Assembly (NCBI GenBank): GCA_000004985.1
Contig: GG738850.1
DNA: 64,000 nucleotides
DNA from: Naegleria gruberi
Lineage: Eukaryota
Strand: one strand, 5' to 3'
Under the pieces are notes generated by a model. The model was not told the DNA's origin and searched no databases. It worked only from the letters and a program-made list of their open reading frames with translations. Below are positions 21,549 to 33,434 of this stretch, piece after piece. The first letter of the stretch is position 1; every line of letters begins with the position of its first letter. A program made the position numbers and the translations under genes.

Positions 21549-24500
21549 TTAAATAACGAACAAAATACAACCCAAAACAAAAATTAACACTGCTTTCGTA
21601 ACATTGCAAGAGGTAGCTGCCAATGAAACTGTTGGTATGATAATCTTTGGTAATTCAACAGTAACTCTTTCAATTGAAGTTCCATCGGCTGCAAATGTGG
21701 AAATTGAAGCAACTGGTGTTGAGCTAGTTCCAGAATTAACCTTAACTTTCATTGTGATGGTGTAACTTGCTGGTGAGAGAGTTTGACCGAGAGTTGCATT
21801 CAATTTGTTGGAGGCATCAACATTCATTGAAGTAAATTGAATGACAATACCTTTTGAATCTGTTATAATGAAATTATCTGAAAGTGCACGTTTACTTTCA
21901 GATGTAAGTGTGAATGCTGCAGGAAGTGACATGACCAATGAACCTCCCATTGGAATTGGCTTTGTAATCACCATGGCTGTCTTGACACTCACCATTCCAC
22001 CAACAGGAACATAGGCAGTAGTACTTGTTTGTGGAGTAACAGGATTAATTGGATTGGTAGAATTATTGTTTGTAGAATTTGTGTTGGAGGTGTTATTGGC
22101 AATGGTTGAATTGTTGGTGGATGTACCATTGTTAACTACTGGATTAGTGGATGAATTAGTGGAATTGTTTCCATTATTGTTAATGACATTGTTGTTTGGA
22201 TTTGTGGAATTTGAATTGGTAGTATTGGAAGTGGATGTGTTGTTTCCATTCATTGAATTATTTCCACCAGAATCTGTTGTATTAGTTGTTGATGTATTAT
22301 TTGTTACAATAGAACTGTTACTATTTGTGGAGGAATTATCAACATTTGTACCATTACTAATAATTGAGTTATTTCCACTTGTTGTATTATCAACATTAGT
22401 ATTGTTACCATTGTTAACATTTGTATTATTACTGGCATTGGTATTATTGCTAGATGTAGTAGAATTGTCTACATTTGTGCTATTATTTCCATTGTTAACG
22501 TTAGTATTGTTATTGATGTTAGTGTTATTGCTGTTAGTAGTAGAATTATCAATATTTGTATTGTTATTATTATTAACATTAGTATTATTACTATTTGTGG
22601 AGGAATTATCCACATTAGTATTATTATTATTAGCATTGGTAGAATTATCAAAGTTAGTGTTATTATTACTACTACTTGTTGAATTATCAACATTAGTAGC
22701 ATTATTATTAAGACCTGGATCAGTATTATTATTCGAAGGAGAATCATTGACTGAAGATACAGTAAAAGTACCAGTGCTCTTAACAGTTAATATATAACTA
22801 CCACTGGATTGATCTTGTGTTGCAGTGCAGGTATCATCTGCAACATAATCACCAACAGAATCGTCCCATTTCAAACATTGATAAGTGGTTGTTGAAATTG
22901 TTCTCAATCCACGCAATTTTCTTGTAGAGCTACTGATTGAGGAATCAATTTGTAACTCGGCAATGCTTTCGGTATGATTCACATTCAATGCTTGATTCAA
23001 GTGTGAAATGACAAATTCAACAGCATTGGCCAATGCCTTGGAACAATTTGGTTTGAAAACATTAAGAGTAATATCAACTGAATCAGTAACATTGGACAAA
23101 GTTTGTAATAGATTGAACTTTTCACTCAATTTGAAACCATTTTTACCAGATATAGTTTCATTCAATCCATTTAAGAACGACTTGGTAACCTTTCTTCCGT
23201 AGGCCTTAACATCCTTATTAAGTAAAATAGTGGCTGGCATATCTGGAACCTTTTGATTTGAAGCAATATTGACCAATGAAGTATAAACTTGTTTAAGTTT
23301 TTCAGTTGGTTTCTCAGTTTTCAATTTTGAAGGTAAAATAGATCTGACACTTGAAGTAGTAAACAAAGTATCAGCTACTTGTTGAGTTTGTGTAAGAGTT
23401 TCATCAGATACTGGAATTGAACTATCCAGAGCTGTTGTTGTAGTTGAAATTAAAGTATCAGCAATTAAATTTGAAGTGTTTGATGACATCATGTCCATAT
23501 TTTCAGTTGCAATATCCAAAATAGTTGCTGTTGAAGCAACAAGAGATTCGGTTGGACTAGTAATAGATGCTTCTTGTTGAGTATTATTCAACATGGTGTT
23601 AATAACTGAATCAGCAACTTGAGCCAATTCTTGTTGAACCGTTTCACTGTCATTTGATTGAGAGTAATTAGCATTGGCAATGGATTGAATTAAAGCAGCA
23701 CCATCTGAAACTGGAATATTACTTTGATCAGCAATAGCATTTGCAGTTGCAACAGTTTCGTCCAAAGTTGCCTCGGTAACATTTACAGTTGTAATGGCAC
23801 TCGAAGAAGCACCCATTGCATCATAGACAGTTACTGATACTTCATTCACACCTACGATACCCAACTTTAATGAATAGAAACTAGTCTCAGAACGTGACGA
23901 AACAATGGTCCTTACTGAATTGGAATTTGGACCTCTTGTACTAAATTCATAAGTTAATGGAAGTTGCGCATCAGTCCAACCATTACCACATGAAACCTTA
24001 AAATCTGTCAATAGGGAAACACCAGAGCTTGGCTCAACGAGTAATTCACCAACTGTTGGTGGTGAGTTCACAGTGAAGAACACTTCAGCAGTACCTTCTT
24101 TATCGATAGTTGTGTTTCCAATAATAACAGTATCCTTAATGGTAATCTTCATTTCATTGGAGCTACCTGGAGTTAATAATTTTGATGGAATGATAATGTA
24201 TGCCTTTGTTACTTCCACACCAGTTAAATCAATCGATGAAGATTCCCATAAGAATGATTTGGAATCACTGAGTACAACTGGTTGAATTAACAATGCTCTC
24301 AAAACCAAATCCTTTGATGGATTGACAACTGATAAATCAACGCCGTCCATAGGCATAATTGACGAGGTAATAACAGTGTCCTTTGAAATTTCCAAAACGG
24401 TAACCTTAAGAGAATCAGTAGCAGTTCTGTTTTGCTTTCTATAAGTAACAGTGAAAAGATAGGAACCAGGATCCATTAATTGACTCATTTTCATGGTATT

Positions 24501-27500
24501 TGTAATATCGAGTGGGAATGAACCATTTGTACAAACGTCACCACTGTCCAAATCAAGACAGTCAATTGCAATGGATTGTACCTCATTGGTTTTTGATGGA
24601 TCTTGAGCAATAACTGAGAGTGAAACTGGATCTTCCATCGATTGAATTACATCTCTCAATGTAAATGCTACTTTCAATGCTGCAGAGGAAGCAGTTACTT
24701 TAAATGGCAAAGAAACATCTTGAACTCCGTCTTGTCTTGCAGTGAGCATGAAATAATATTCACCTTCCATTGGAAGAACAGTTCTTCCAGGACCAATAAT
24801 TAATCTTCCATCCTCAACAATGAAATTAGTAATGTTAGTAACACTGCTATAATCACTATTCATAGAGTAAATGAATTTAACACGACCTCTTCCCTTATTG
24901 CAAGCTCTATTGGAATAGGAAATGACTGGTGTAATGATGTTTAATAATCCCAAAGTATTAGAAATTGAAACTCCTTCCTTAATTGACAAATTAGGAATAG
25001 AATCTTCACTGACAACAAAGGAAATTGTTTGAGTTGAAGTAATTTCTGGAGCCAATGGACTACTGACAGTAACTTGAATAGAATAAGTTCCATTACTCAT
25101 ATTATTAGTATCCAAGATTAAATTTGGTTTGTTGAAAGTGGAAATCAAAGAGCTGAGGGTTAAAGAATCATCGGTGGTTGGTGCAGAAACAACTTGCCAT
25201 GCGAATTTCAATGGTCTTCTATCGAATGATTGAGAATTGGCAGCACTAATGAACAACTTATCGCATCCACGTGACACAACTGATTTTTCAACGTTGATTT
25301 GTGCTTCAGGTGATTGTGGTTTGAAGGATCCTTGCTTGATGGTTATGGAAATAGATTCAGATGATTGTGGATAAACGCTTAATGATAAATTTTGACCAAT
25401 TGAAATAGATGAACTATATCCAAGGATAATAGTTAATTTAGATTCACCATTCAACATACACATTGCTCCCTTTCCAATAAAATCAATTGAATCTGGTCTA
25501 ATTAAATCTTGACATGGAATAATTGACTTGATAGTGGAATAAACAGTACCATAGACTATATCAGCCTTTTCAGATAATTCAAAGTTATCAACAACGCTGA
25601 AATCACATTTGCTTCCATACCATCCTTGGGCACATTGTGAACAATTTGCACCAATTGAGTGACCTGAACATTTACAAGTACCATCATTCAAACAAATTCC
25701 TCTATTAGAACATGTCAATGCAGGAGAACATTGAATTTCACAATCAACACCAACAAATCCATTTGCACATGATTGACAGAAAGGTCCAGTAAATCTCTCT
25801 TCACATAAACATTTCAATTGTTGAGTACAATTACCACGATTATTACAAGTGTCTGAACTACAACGTGGAGTTTTACATTCTTCCCCATTGAAGGAAGGTA
25901 AACAGGTTGAACAATAAGTGGAATTATCATAATTACCATAGCAAACACATTGATCCTTAGCAATACATTTTCCTTTTTTGGAGCAGACATTAGAATCATA
26001 TCTTCCAACTCCATTACAAGTAAAAGTAGCACAATTTGGACCAGTATATCCATCAGTACATGCACATGTATTAGGTTGTGTACAAATGCCTCTTCCACCA
26101 CATACATTCTTATCATTAGCAGGCAATTGACCACAAATTGGAATTTTACAATCAACACCAGTATATCCATCCTTACAATTGGAACATGATTGGCCTTCAA
26201 AGTTACCAGTACATGTGCATTTGCCTTCCATTGAACATTTACCACGGAACGAACAACCACCTTGAGTTTCAGTTCTTCCATTACATGTTGGAATATCACA
26301 CATTTCACCTGAAAATCTTTCTTTACAGATACAATTGTCTGGTCCAATACATTTACCATTTCCAGAACACACTGATGGATCAGTGGATGCTTTTTGGAAA
26401 CAAACTAAGCTTTGACATCTATCTCCTGTATATCCTTGATTACAAATGCATGTATCTGTACTACCACATTTGCCACGACCTGAACATGCAAGTGGATTTT
26501 CTGAAGGTAAGCCAAAACATTTAATAGCTTGAGTGGAATTGGCTGAGAAACAATCATTGGTGGAATTCAGTGTTGAACAATAATCGGTAGCCATGTTAGA
26601 AGATAATCCCATTTCACTTGTTACAATATTCTTACAAGCATTGTTACACAATGGTTGAGATAAAACATTGGTTGAATTGATTGAACAAGATTTGAATGTT
26701 TTCAAACAGGATACTCTTAAAAGACCCTTTTTGCATGAATCTCCACAATTCTTGTATCCAACACTGTCAAGTAATTCAGAATTCTTCTTGTAAAGTGTTG
26801 TAATTTTTGTGGAAACTGACAAGGCCATTTTAGATTGAAAATCTGCTGGACTTGTTGAAATCACTTGACTCATTAAATCATCAGTGCTAATCATGTAATT
26901 AACATGATCAGAACATCCACTTAGTAAAGTCTTTGGAGGAATGATACATTGAGCAGCAGGTTTAAAATATTGACAATCTGTACCATAATAATTAGATGGA
27001 CAAATTCTTTGACAAGTTGTTGAATCATCAGACAATTGGAAACCTTCTGCACAATCAGTACATGGTCTATTGTTTCCCAATGTAGTATAACCCTTAGTAC
27101 AAGTACAATAAGGAGTATAGGCAGATGAATAAGAACATGTACCATTTCCACAACCTTGCTTTCCACAATTTGGAACCTTTGTAATACATATTCCATTAGC
27201 ATATATTAAATTATCAGAGCATTTCAAACAAAGTGGATACACCATTCCTTCGATAGCACATTTATCACAACTTGCACCACTATATTTGGTATTAGAGCAA
27301 GCTGAGCATGGAGCTGACATATTCACAGTCATGTAGCCAGTATTACAGACACATTGAGCAGTTGAGAGTGTAACTGCTTTACAAGCACCATTTCCACAAT
27401 TAGGTGTTGGACACACTGGTAATTTTACATATGGTCTATCTAATACATTTGGTTTAGGTGAATAATTACAAACAATCAAGGTAGCTCCATTCAATTCTGG

Positions 27501-28032
27501 CTTGTTGAACACTTTTGCACAGGTAGCTCTGGAACACCCGACTTTGGTGGAAGCTGCTGAGACAACTTGAATATAATGTTGGCAATCACCACTCTTTAAA
27601 CATAAGCTTCCTTAATTGTAAATCATAAACACTTACAGAACAATAATTATTTGTAAAGTCATATTTAGAAGATTCTAAAGTCCATTCATTCACAATATCC
27701 ACCACTGACATATTTCCCTTCATACTGACATGAATATTTACGCCCAAATTGAGAGAATTACTTGATGGTCCTGCAGCACATTTAGTAAGCCAAGAAGCTG
27801 CCCTAGATGCCAATTCATCACTCCATTCCAAGGCTGCTAACTTGTTAAGTGGAGTCGGAGCCACTGATAAACGTGCGGAATTGTGGGCATTCAAAATGGC
27901 TGTCTTTTCTGAAGAAGTTAATTCCGCAGCCCTTACTTGTTGTTGTTGATTCATCATCAACATGGATACAACCAAAAGCATCACCAACACAAGGCTAACT
28001 TTGTGATGATGGTGCGGATAAATGATGTTCAT
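21549..28032 (-). CDS. Giant (about 2120 aa) secreted/membrane protein: signal peptide + CAP (SCP/PR-1) domain + about 20 EGF-like Cys repeats + REJ/PKD-like module + N/S/T-rich linker + C-terminal hydrophobic tail; complement(join(21549..27593,27637..28032)), 43-nt intron 27594..27636
   Basis: CAP motifs spread over both exons (AILNAHNSARL, LEWSDELASRAASW, then after intron QHYIQVVSAASTKVGCS...LIVCNYSPKPN); GTAAGT...AAAG intron is phase 0; tracked 'start' at 27512 is GTG; C-terminus ...AVLIFVLGCILFVI (TM or GPI signal). Confidence 0.75.
22060..22760 (-). repeat. Coding low-complexity array: degenerate repeats of (N-N-[ST]-N/T-N-V-D-N-S-T) inside the giant CAP-EGF gene
   Basis: Direct repeats of gttaataatg / attattact-type units on the + strand; translate to NNNTNVDNSTT... 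on the minus strand. Confidence 0.6.
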
Positions 28033-28377
28033 TCTTTTTTTTTGCTGATTTGAAGATTAATATTTTTGGCGAATTTTCTTCCTTAAACACTTGGTTGAAG
28101 AACAGCTGTAAAAAGTTCTGTTTCAAGCATTGAATATTGTACTGCTCAATTTTCATGTGGCGATTGTTGAGAATGTGTGGCTAGGGAATTGAGGTTGGTG
28201 GTTGGTGTGGAACTTGGGAATTAAGGCAATACGGAGAGTCGTTATTGAGAGATAATCTGTCAGGATTATTAAATTACAGTTCGTTGAGTGAAAATCATGC
28301 ATTTCCACAATTATGTGGAAAACTTTTAATTAAATAAAACCCGATACAATTCCTCCAGTTTGACAAAAATCAAAAAA

Positions 28378-28950
28378 ATGTCTCAACAATCAAACACTTC
28401 ATTCACACCACTTACAACTAGTCAATTGACCTCCACTCAACGATTGATTTCACCAACACTCCATCTAGGTGTACACTACCAAGCCGACATTATCAATGGC
28501 AAGATTTATTCTCTCACTCAAATTCCTGGAGATTATTTGTGGGGAAGAGAGGGAAGATATCCAGTGAGTTTCTTCCTGTTGGAAGCTGTTGTGGTGAATA
28601 ATATGGTCGGAAAGGATTTTAAAACTGCCTTGATAAAGTTGAAGGAAATTATATTGAGTAGCATTGCTAGACGATCGTTTAATGATGATGATGAGGCAGA
28701 TCAACAAGTTACTTCTCGATTGGAGGAAGAACTTGTGCAAGATTTGGATGAATATTTGAGTTTGAGTTATCCAAGTGATTATATTCAAATTGCAATTGTT
28801 GAAGAGGTTGCATTGAGATACATGGATATTCAAACTCATAGACCACTTGCCTTTTTTGAAGGACCTAGAGCAGATGATAAGACCATTCAACAACAAAGAG
28901 AAGCACTCTCAATGCTCAGTGCCGTTGAAGCTCGCTTAAAAAACAAATAA
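28378..28950 (+). CDS. Hypothetical 190-aa protein, divergent from the giant CAP-EGF gene with about 330 bp between the two start codons
   Basis: ORF with ATG at 28378; no recognisable domain. Confidence 0.4.
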   Translation: MSQQSNTSFTPLTTSQLTSTQRLISPTLHLGVHYQADIINGKIYSLTQIPGDYLWGREGRYPVSFFLLEAVVVNNMVGKDFKTALIKLKEIILSSIARRSFNDDDEADQQVTSRLEEELVQDLDEYLSLSYPSDYIQIAIVEEVALRYMDIQTHRPLAFFEGPRADDKTIQQQREALSMLSAVEARLKNK

Positions 28951-29080
28951 ACTTTGTCTTACTGAACTCTATCTCCCATAAAACTCCTCAAAAACTCCTC
29001 TTATTCGGAGCGTTTCAAGAATCTTCACAATAAAAAAAATTACAAAAAAATAAAAAATTTAAAAAAACCCTGAAAAAAAA

Positions 29081-30667
29081 ATGCAACTCTCTTCACTGCT
29101 CGTTGCCGTCGCATTGATGATTGCGTTGATGATTTGCGGATCATCGGCTGATGCATCATCATCGGAGAGAGTTTTTTTATTAAAGAGAGATCCAGTATCC
29201 ATGCTCTCTAGAAAACAATCCAATAAGTCTACAAGAATGGCCTCTGCACTTCCACCATACAAGACTTTATATTTCGATCAAAAATTGGATCATTTTGATT
29301 TTACCAATGACAAGACTTTTAAACAACGTTATTTGGTTTGTGATTCCTTTGTTGGAAAGATGACACCATCTACTCCTATCTTTTTCTATACTGGTAATGA
29401 GGGAGATATTGTGACTTTTTATGAAAATACTGGATTGATGTTTGACACTGCTCCACAATTCAATGCCTTGATTATTTTTGTTGAACATCGTTATTATGGT
29501 GTCAGTAATCCTTTTGGACCTGTTAATTCATTCACTCCTGAGAATATCAAGTGGTTGAGCAGTGAACAAGCTCTTGCTGATTATTCTTATTTCATTACTG
29601 AAATGTTTGGATTGGATGAAAAGAGAACTAACCCAGTTATTGCCTTTGGAGGATCTTATGGTGGTATGCTGAGTAGTTGGTGGCGTATGAAGTACCCTCA
29701 CATTGTGGACGGTGCTATTGCTGCTAGTGCTCCAATCTTCCAATTCACTGGTTTGACTGCTCCAAATGTTTACAATCAAATTTGTACTGAAGATTTCAAA
29801 AAGTCAAGCAATTTGGCCAAGTACCATGAAACTTGTGACGCTGTCATTAAGAATGGTTTGAGCATTTTGAATCAATACTATCAAAACAATAATCCTCAAA
29901 TTTTGCAAAAGCTCTCTTCTCAATTCAGGATTTGTTCACCTGGTATTAGAACTTCAGCAGATGTAAATCAATTGATCAGTTGGTTGACTCAAGCTTACAA
30001 TACCTTGCCAATGATTGATTATCCATATCCAGCCAACTTTTTAATGCCTCTCCCAGGTTATCCAATTCAAGTTATTTGTGACAGAATTAGTACCATTATG
30101 GCTTCTGAAAAGGTCACTACTGATACCTATCTTAAGGCTGTTTTGGAAGGTGCCAATGTTTATTATAATTATACTGGAACTAGTACTTGTAATAATTTGA
30201 CTCAACCAGATTCTCCAAGTTTGGGTGATGACGGATGGGAATATCAAACATGTAATGAAATGGTCATGCCAATTGGTAATTATCCTCAAACTGACATGTT
30301 CATTCCTGCTCCTTGGGATCTCCAAGCATGGATTTCTTATTGTCAACAAAAGTGGAAGGTTACTCCAAGAACCAACTGGGCTATTACTAACTATGGTGGT
30401 AAGAGAGCTATTTTGGAAGCTACTAATATTGTCTTTTCAAATGGTGATTTGGATCCATGGCATGGTGGTGGCGTTTTGCCAGGAATGAAAGTTAATGAAA
30501 AGGTTAAGGTTGTTTACATTGAAGGTGGTGCTCACCATTTGGATCTCAGAAGTTCAAATCCTTTGGACCCACAAAGTGTCAGATTGGCCAGAGCTTTGGA
30601 AGTTAAGGAAATTACCGCTTGGCTCAATGAATTCTCTGCCAAGAGAGGCCTCAAAATGAAATATTAA
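29081..30667 (+). CDS. S28-family serine carboxypeptidase (lysosomal Pro-X carboxypeptidase / DPP7-like) with signal peptide
   Basis: YFDQKLDHFDF, IFFYTGNEGDI, FVEHRYYGVS, nucleophile motif AFGGSYGGMLSSWW, SEQALADY. Confidence 0.85.
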   Translation: MQLSSLLVAVALMIALMICGSSADASSSERVFLLKRDPVSMLSRKQSNKSTRMASALPPYKTLYFDQKLDHFDFTNDKTFKQRYLVCDSFVGKMTPSTPIFFYTGNEGDIVTFYENTGLMFDTAPQFNALIIFVEHRYYGVSNPFGPVNSFTPENIKWLSSEQALADYSYFITEMFGLDEKRTNPVIAFGGSYGGMLSSWWRMKYPHIVDGAIAASAPIFQFTGLTAPNVYNQICTEDFKKSSNLAKYHETCDAVIKNGLSILNQYYQNNNPQILQKLSSQFRICSPGIRTSADVNQLISWLTQAYNTLPMIDYPYPANFLMPLPGYPIQVICDRISTIMASEKVTTDTYLKAVLEGANVYYNYTGTSTCNNLTQPDSPSLGDDGWEYQTCNEMVMPIGNYPQTDMFIPAPWDLQAWISYCQQKWKVTPRTNWAITNYGGKRAILEATNIVFSNGDLDPWHGGGVLPGMKVNEKVKVVYIEGGAHHLDLRSSNPLDPQSVRLARALEVKEITAWLNEFSAKRGLKMKY

Positions 30668-30724
30668 CTTATTTCTTAATTTATCTATTTATCTAAATAA
30701 TAATAACAACTTGTTATTGAACAT

Positions 30725-30946
30725 TTAAACATCCAAATGGCTTTTATTTTCAATGGTAATTCCTAATTGTTTTGCTTTTTGAATCAATTCATGAATTGCA
30801 CCTGTTGGTCCTTTTTCAATGGTGGAATCATCCTTTCCAATAAGAGTGAAAGCATGCTTGCATGGTAGGGATTCTAAACAACCTCTCTTTATGATGATTT
30901 TCTTTATGGTTGACAAGTCAACTCCTGCAACTTGGTTTGAGCTCAT
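30725..30946 (-). CDS. Small 73-aa hypothetical protein (possibly a terminal exon of a larger gene)
   Basis: ORF only; no confident homology. Confidence 0.25.
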   Translation of the reverse strand: MSSNQVAGVDLSTIKKIIIKRGCLESLPCKHAFTLIGKDDSTIEKGPTGAIHELIQKAKQLGITIENKSHLDV

Positions 30947-31020
30947 TTTTTATCTTGTTTTACAGTGTTACCACTCATCTCAATAAAAAGGAAATCCTGA
31001 TTACAATGATAATATTATTT

Positions 31021-32103
31021 TTATTTCTTTCTCTTGAAACTTCCAACCAATTGCTTAATATTTCCTCTAATCTTTCCAGCATTCTCCTTCACAATCTTTC
31101 CATTGAAATTCTTGGCTGCTTCCTTAAATTGTGCAATAGAACTCTTTATATCTTTGAACTTTTTTGGGAATTTCACATTTTTGAAAGCTTTGAATTGTGA
31201 AATAGTTCCCTTAATTAAGCCAATTGTTTCCTTAATCTTTCCTGAGGTGTTCTTAATGAACGGAATGACTTTGTCCTTTAATTTACCTTCGAGAGGTCCT
31301 AATTTAGTTGAGGAGAATTTTTGAATTCCTTTTCCCAAGTCGAGAGCAAAATTTGCAAGTTTGGGAAATCCAAGGTTTTGTAATTCTTGGGAAATGTCGG
31401 TGGTGAGTTTGGAACCAATGGAATTGACCTTGTCAGAGTAGGTACCGATATTGTCTATGAATTGACCTGCTTTTTCATTCCATGCTTGCTGAGCTTTAGA
31501 GACGAAACTTTTGGTTTTATCTGAAACCTTTCTGAAAGTATCTTTGAATTTTTTGCCGATAAAGAGAGTTGAAGCCCCACCGTTCTTGTTTCTTCTCATC
31601 TTTGAGGACTTTCTTGAAGTAGATTCTTTAGAAATGTCATTCAAGGAACCTTTCAAAATGTCAGATGTTGGATGTGAAGACTTCTTTGTCAAACTCTCAA
31701 TATATTTCATAAGTTTATCCTTAACAGCCTTTGTCTTCTCTTCATCAGGAATTGCCTTATACATGGTATTGAGTTTTTCAGCAAATCCCAAGAAATCATT
31801 AGCAATTCCAGTTTCAACCTTTTTTGGAATTACTTTCTTGGCTTGTTGAATAATATCTTGACTTTCTTGCATAATTTCAGGTGATTTGAATGGATTGGTT
31901 TTCAACCCTTTGGTATAAACAGGACCCTTATGAACAGTTACTTTAGGTTTACCATTTCCAAAATGTAATTGAATTACCAAGTGAATGTCATCTTGATCAT
32001 GTTGAGAGATTATTCTCTTGGATTCTGATAATTGGATACAGGAGGTTAACAAGGTGATTAAGAGGAGAATGGAAAAAAGTATGCTTGTTGTTAAGGATTT
32101 CAT
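31021..32103 (-). CDS. Secreted Lys-rich 360-aa protein of unknown function
   Basis: N-terminal signal MKSLTTSILFSILLLITLLTSC; about 20% Lys, repeated K-x-x-K spacing. Confidence 0.45.
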   Translation of the reverse strand: MKSLTTSILFSILLLITLLTSCIQLSESKRIISQHDQDDIHLVIQLHFGNGKPKVTVHKGPVYTKGLKTNPFKSPEIMQESQDIIQQAKKVIPKKVETGIANDFLGFAEKLNTMYKAIPDEEKTKAVKDKLMKYIESLTKKSSHPTSDILKGSLNDISKESTSRKSSKMRRNKNGGASTLFIGKKFKDTFRKVSDKTKSFVSKAQQAWNEKAGQFIDNIGTYSDKVNSIGSKLTTDISQELQNLGFPKLANFALDLGKGIQKFSSTKLGPLEGKLKDKVIPFIKNTSGKIKETIGLIKGTISQFKAFKNVKFPKKFKDIKSSIAQFKEAAKNFNGKIVKENAGKIRGNIKQLVGSFKRKK

Positions 32104-32489
32104 TTTTTTATGTATTGTTTCTTCTGGTTTCTTCTGAATTGCTTTTATTCTGAATCAAGTGAAATGAAATCACTGAGTCAAGGCGGCTCAGTCAATAGTG
32201 TGATGCGTGAAGTAAACTATCGAGAGGTCGGTTTTCCTTATAAGGTGGTCATATTCCAGCCAACTTCCTGGAAGTCATTTATTCAAAAGCAATTACATCT
32301 GACGCAACAAGATTGAGTTTTATTAAAACATGGAAAGTTCAGAGTAATTAATTTAATTTATGTTTTACAATTGTTTTCTTTCAATATTTATTTACAAACT
32401 CTCATTATTCGAATGATTCTTCATCAATTTACTCGAAAATGTTTCACGACTCGATACTTGGAAGGATAATGTCTTCTCTCCTTCCCTGA

Positions 32490-33434
32490 CTATAGTTCAT
32501 TTGAGAAAACATATGGCACACCATGCATGATGGTTGGCACTTGTTCCATTTGGCTTGACTGTTGTTGGTGAGGTGTTTGAAAATAGTGGAATGTCGGTGT
32601 ATCAGTGAGTCCAAAGATTTCTTCCATAGAGAGTGGAGTCTCAACAGTTGTTGTGGTGGTAGTTGCAGGTGAGCTCGACACGCTTTCAACATGAAAATGT
32701 GCAACTGGTGTGTTCATTATAATTGGAGAGTCATTGCTATTCGAATCTTTCATCATTTCAATGAGGAGAGAAAGTTTTTCTTCCAATTCATTCTTCAATC
32801 TCATCTGCTTCTCTAATGTTTGTTCGAATTCAAGCTTTATCTGCTTGACTTGCTCAAAGAGATCATCAGAGTTACTTGATGATTCAAGAGAATGTTTGGT
32901 TCCACTCTTTGGTTTACATATTTCATCTCTTGTTGCACTTTGGAATGAGTTACTCTCTACCCAACACAAAATTGTGCCATCTTCCTTTTCCACTTTTCTG
33001 CTTCTGTACTTGTTAAACTTTCTTGTGAAATTCAAGGTGTCTAACACAAGATATTTGGTCGAGACAAGTACTCCTAGTCTAAAGTTTGGTTTGGTTGGTT
33101 TCTTCTCGTTTCTCTCAATCTTTCCCAATTGCTCTTCAACATGATAGGAGTATTCTCCACTCTTAACTTTGATTTGCTTGTGTTTCAGCAAGCAAAACAC
33201 TTCAGAGCCGCAATTCAAGTAGAATTGCAAATAGAGATTTTGTTTCTTCTCATTGATTGCTTCATCAACCAAGTATTGACGTAAGTTGACTATTATTGGG
33301 GAAGGAAGCTTTCTTACTCCCTCCTTGATCATGGATTCACTCCTGCCTGCCATTGAACCAATGATATACTTGTAGTTTGATTCAATAGCTTGCTTGAAAC
33401 TAATGCTAATATTATTACTTTCGAATAATTGCAT
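32490..33434 (-). CDS. Hypothetical protein with coiled-coil segment and C-terminal Thr/Gln-rich region
   Basis: ORF; LEFEQTLEKQMRLKNELEEKLSLLIEMM heptads; no firm domain call. Confidence 0.4.
   Translation of the reverse strand: MQLFESNNISISFKQAIESNYKYIIGSMAGRSESMIKEGVRKLPSPIIVNLRQYLVDEAINEKKQNLYLQFYLNCGSEVFCLLKHKQIKVKSGEYSYHVEEQLGKIERNEKKPTKPNFRLGVLVSTKYLVLDTLNFTRKFNKYRSRKVEKEDGTILCWVESNSFQSATRDEICKPKSGTKHSLESSSNSDDLFEQVKQIKLEFEQTLEKQMRLKNELEEKLSLLIEMMKDSNSNDSPIIMNTPVAHFHVESVSSSPATTTTTTVETPLSMEEIFGLTDTPTFHYFQTPHQQQSSQMEQVPTIMHGVPYVFSNEL

Noticed and set aside
22054-22797. 247-aa plus-strand ORF (L/V/E-rich) and nested ORF 22469..22747
   Set aside because: Lies exactly antisense to the N/S/T-repeat-coding region of the giant minus-strand gene. 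The composition is the reverse complement of AAT/AGT/ACT codon repeats. It has no start context and is not an independent gene.
27512-27512. Apparent Met start of the 1987-aa ORF, and similarly 7786, 55227, 35804 and 63077
   Set aside because: The codon is GTG or TTG. The ORF track uses alternative starts, and in each case the frame continues upstream into an intron acceptor, or the real ATG lies downstream. These are not real initiation sites.
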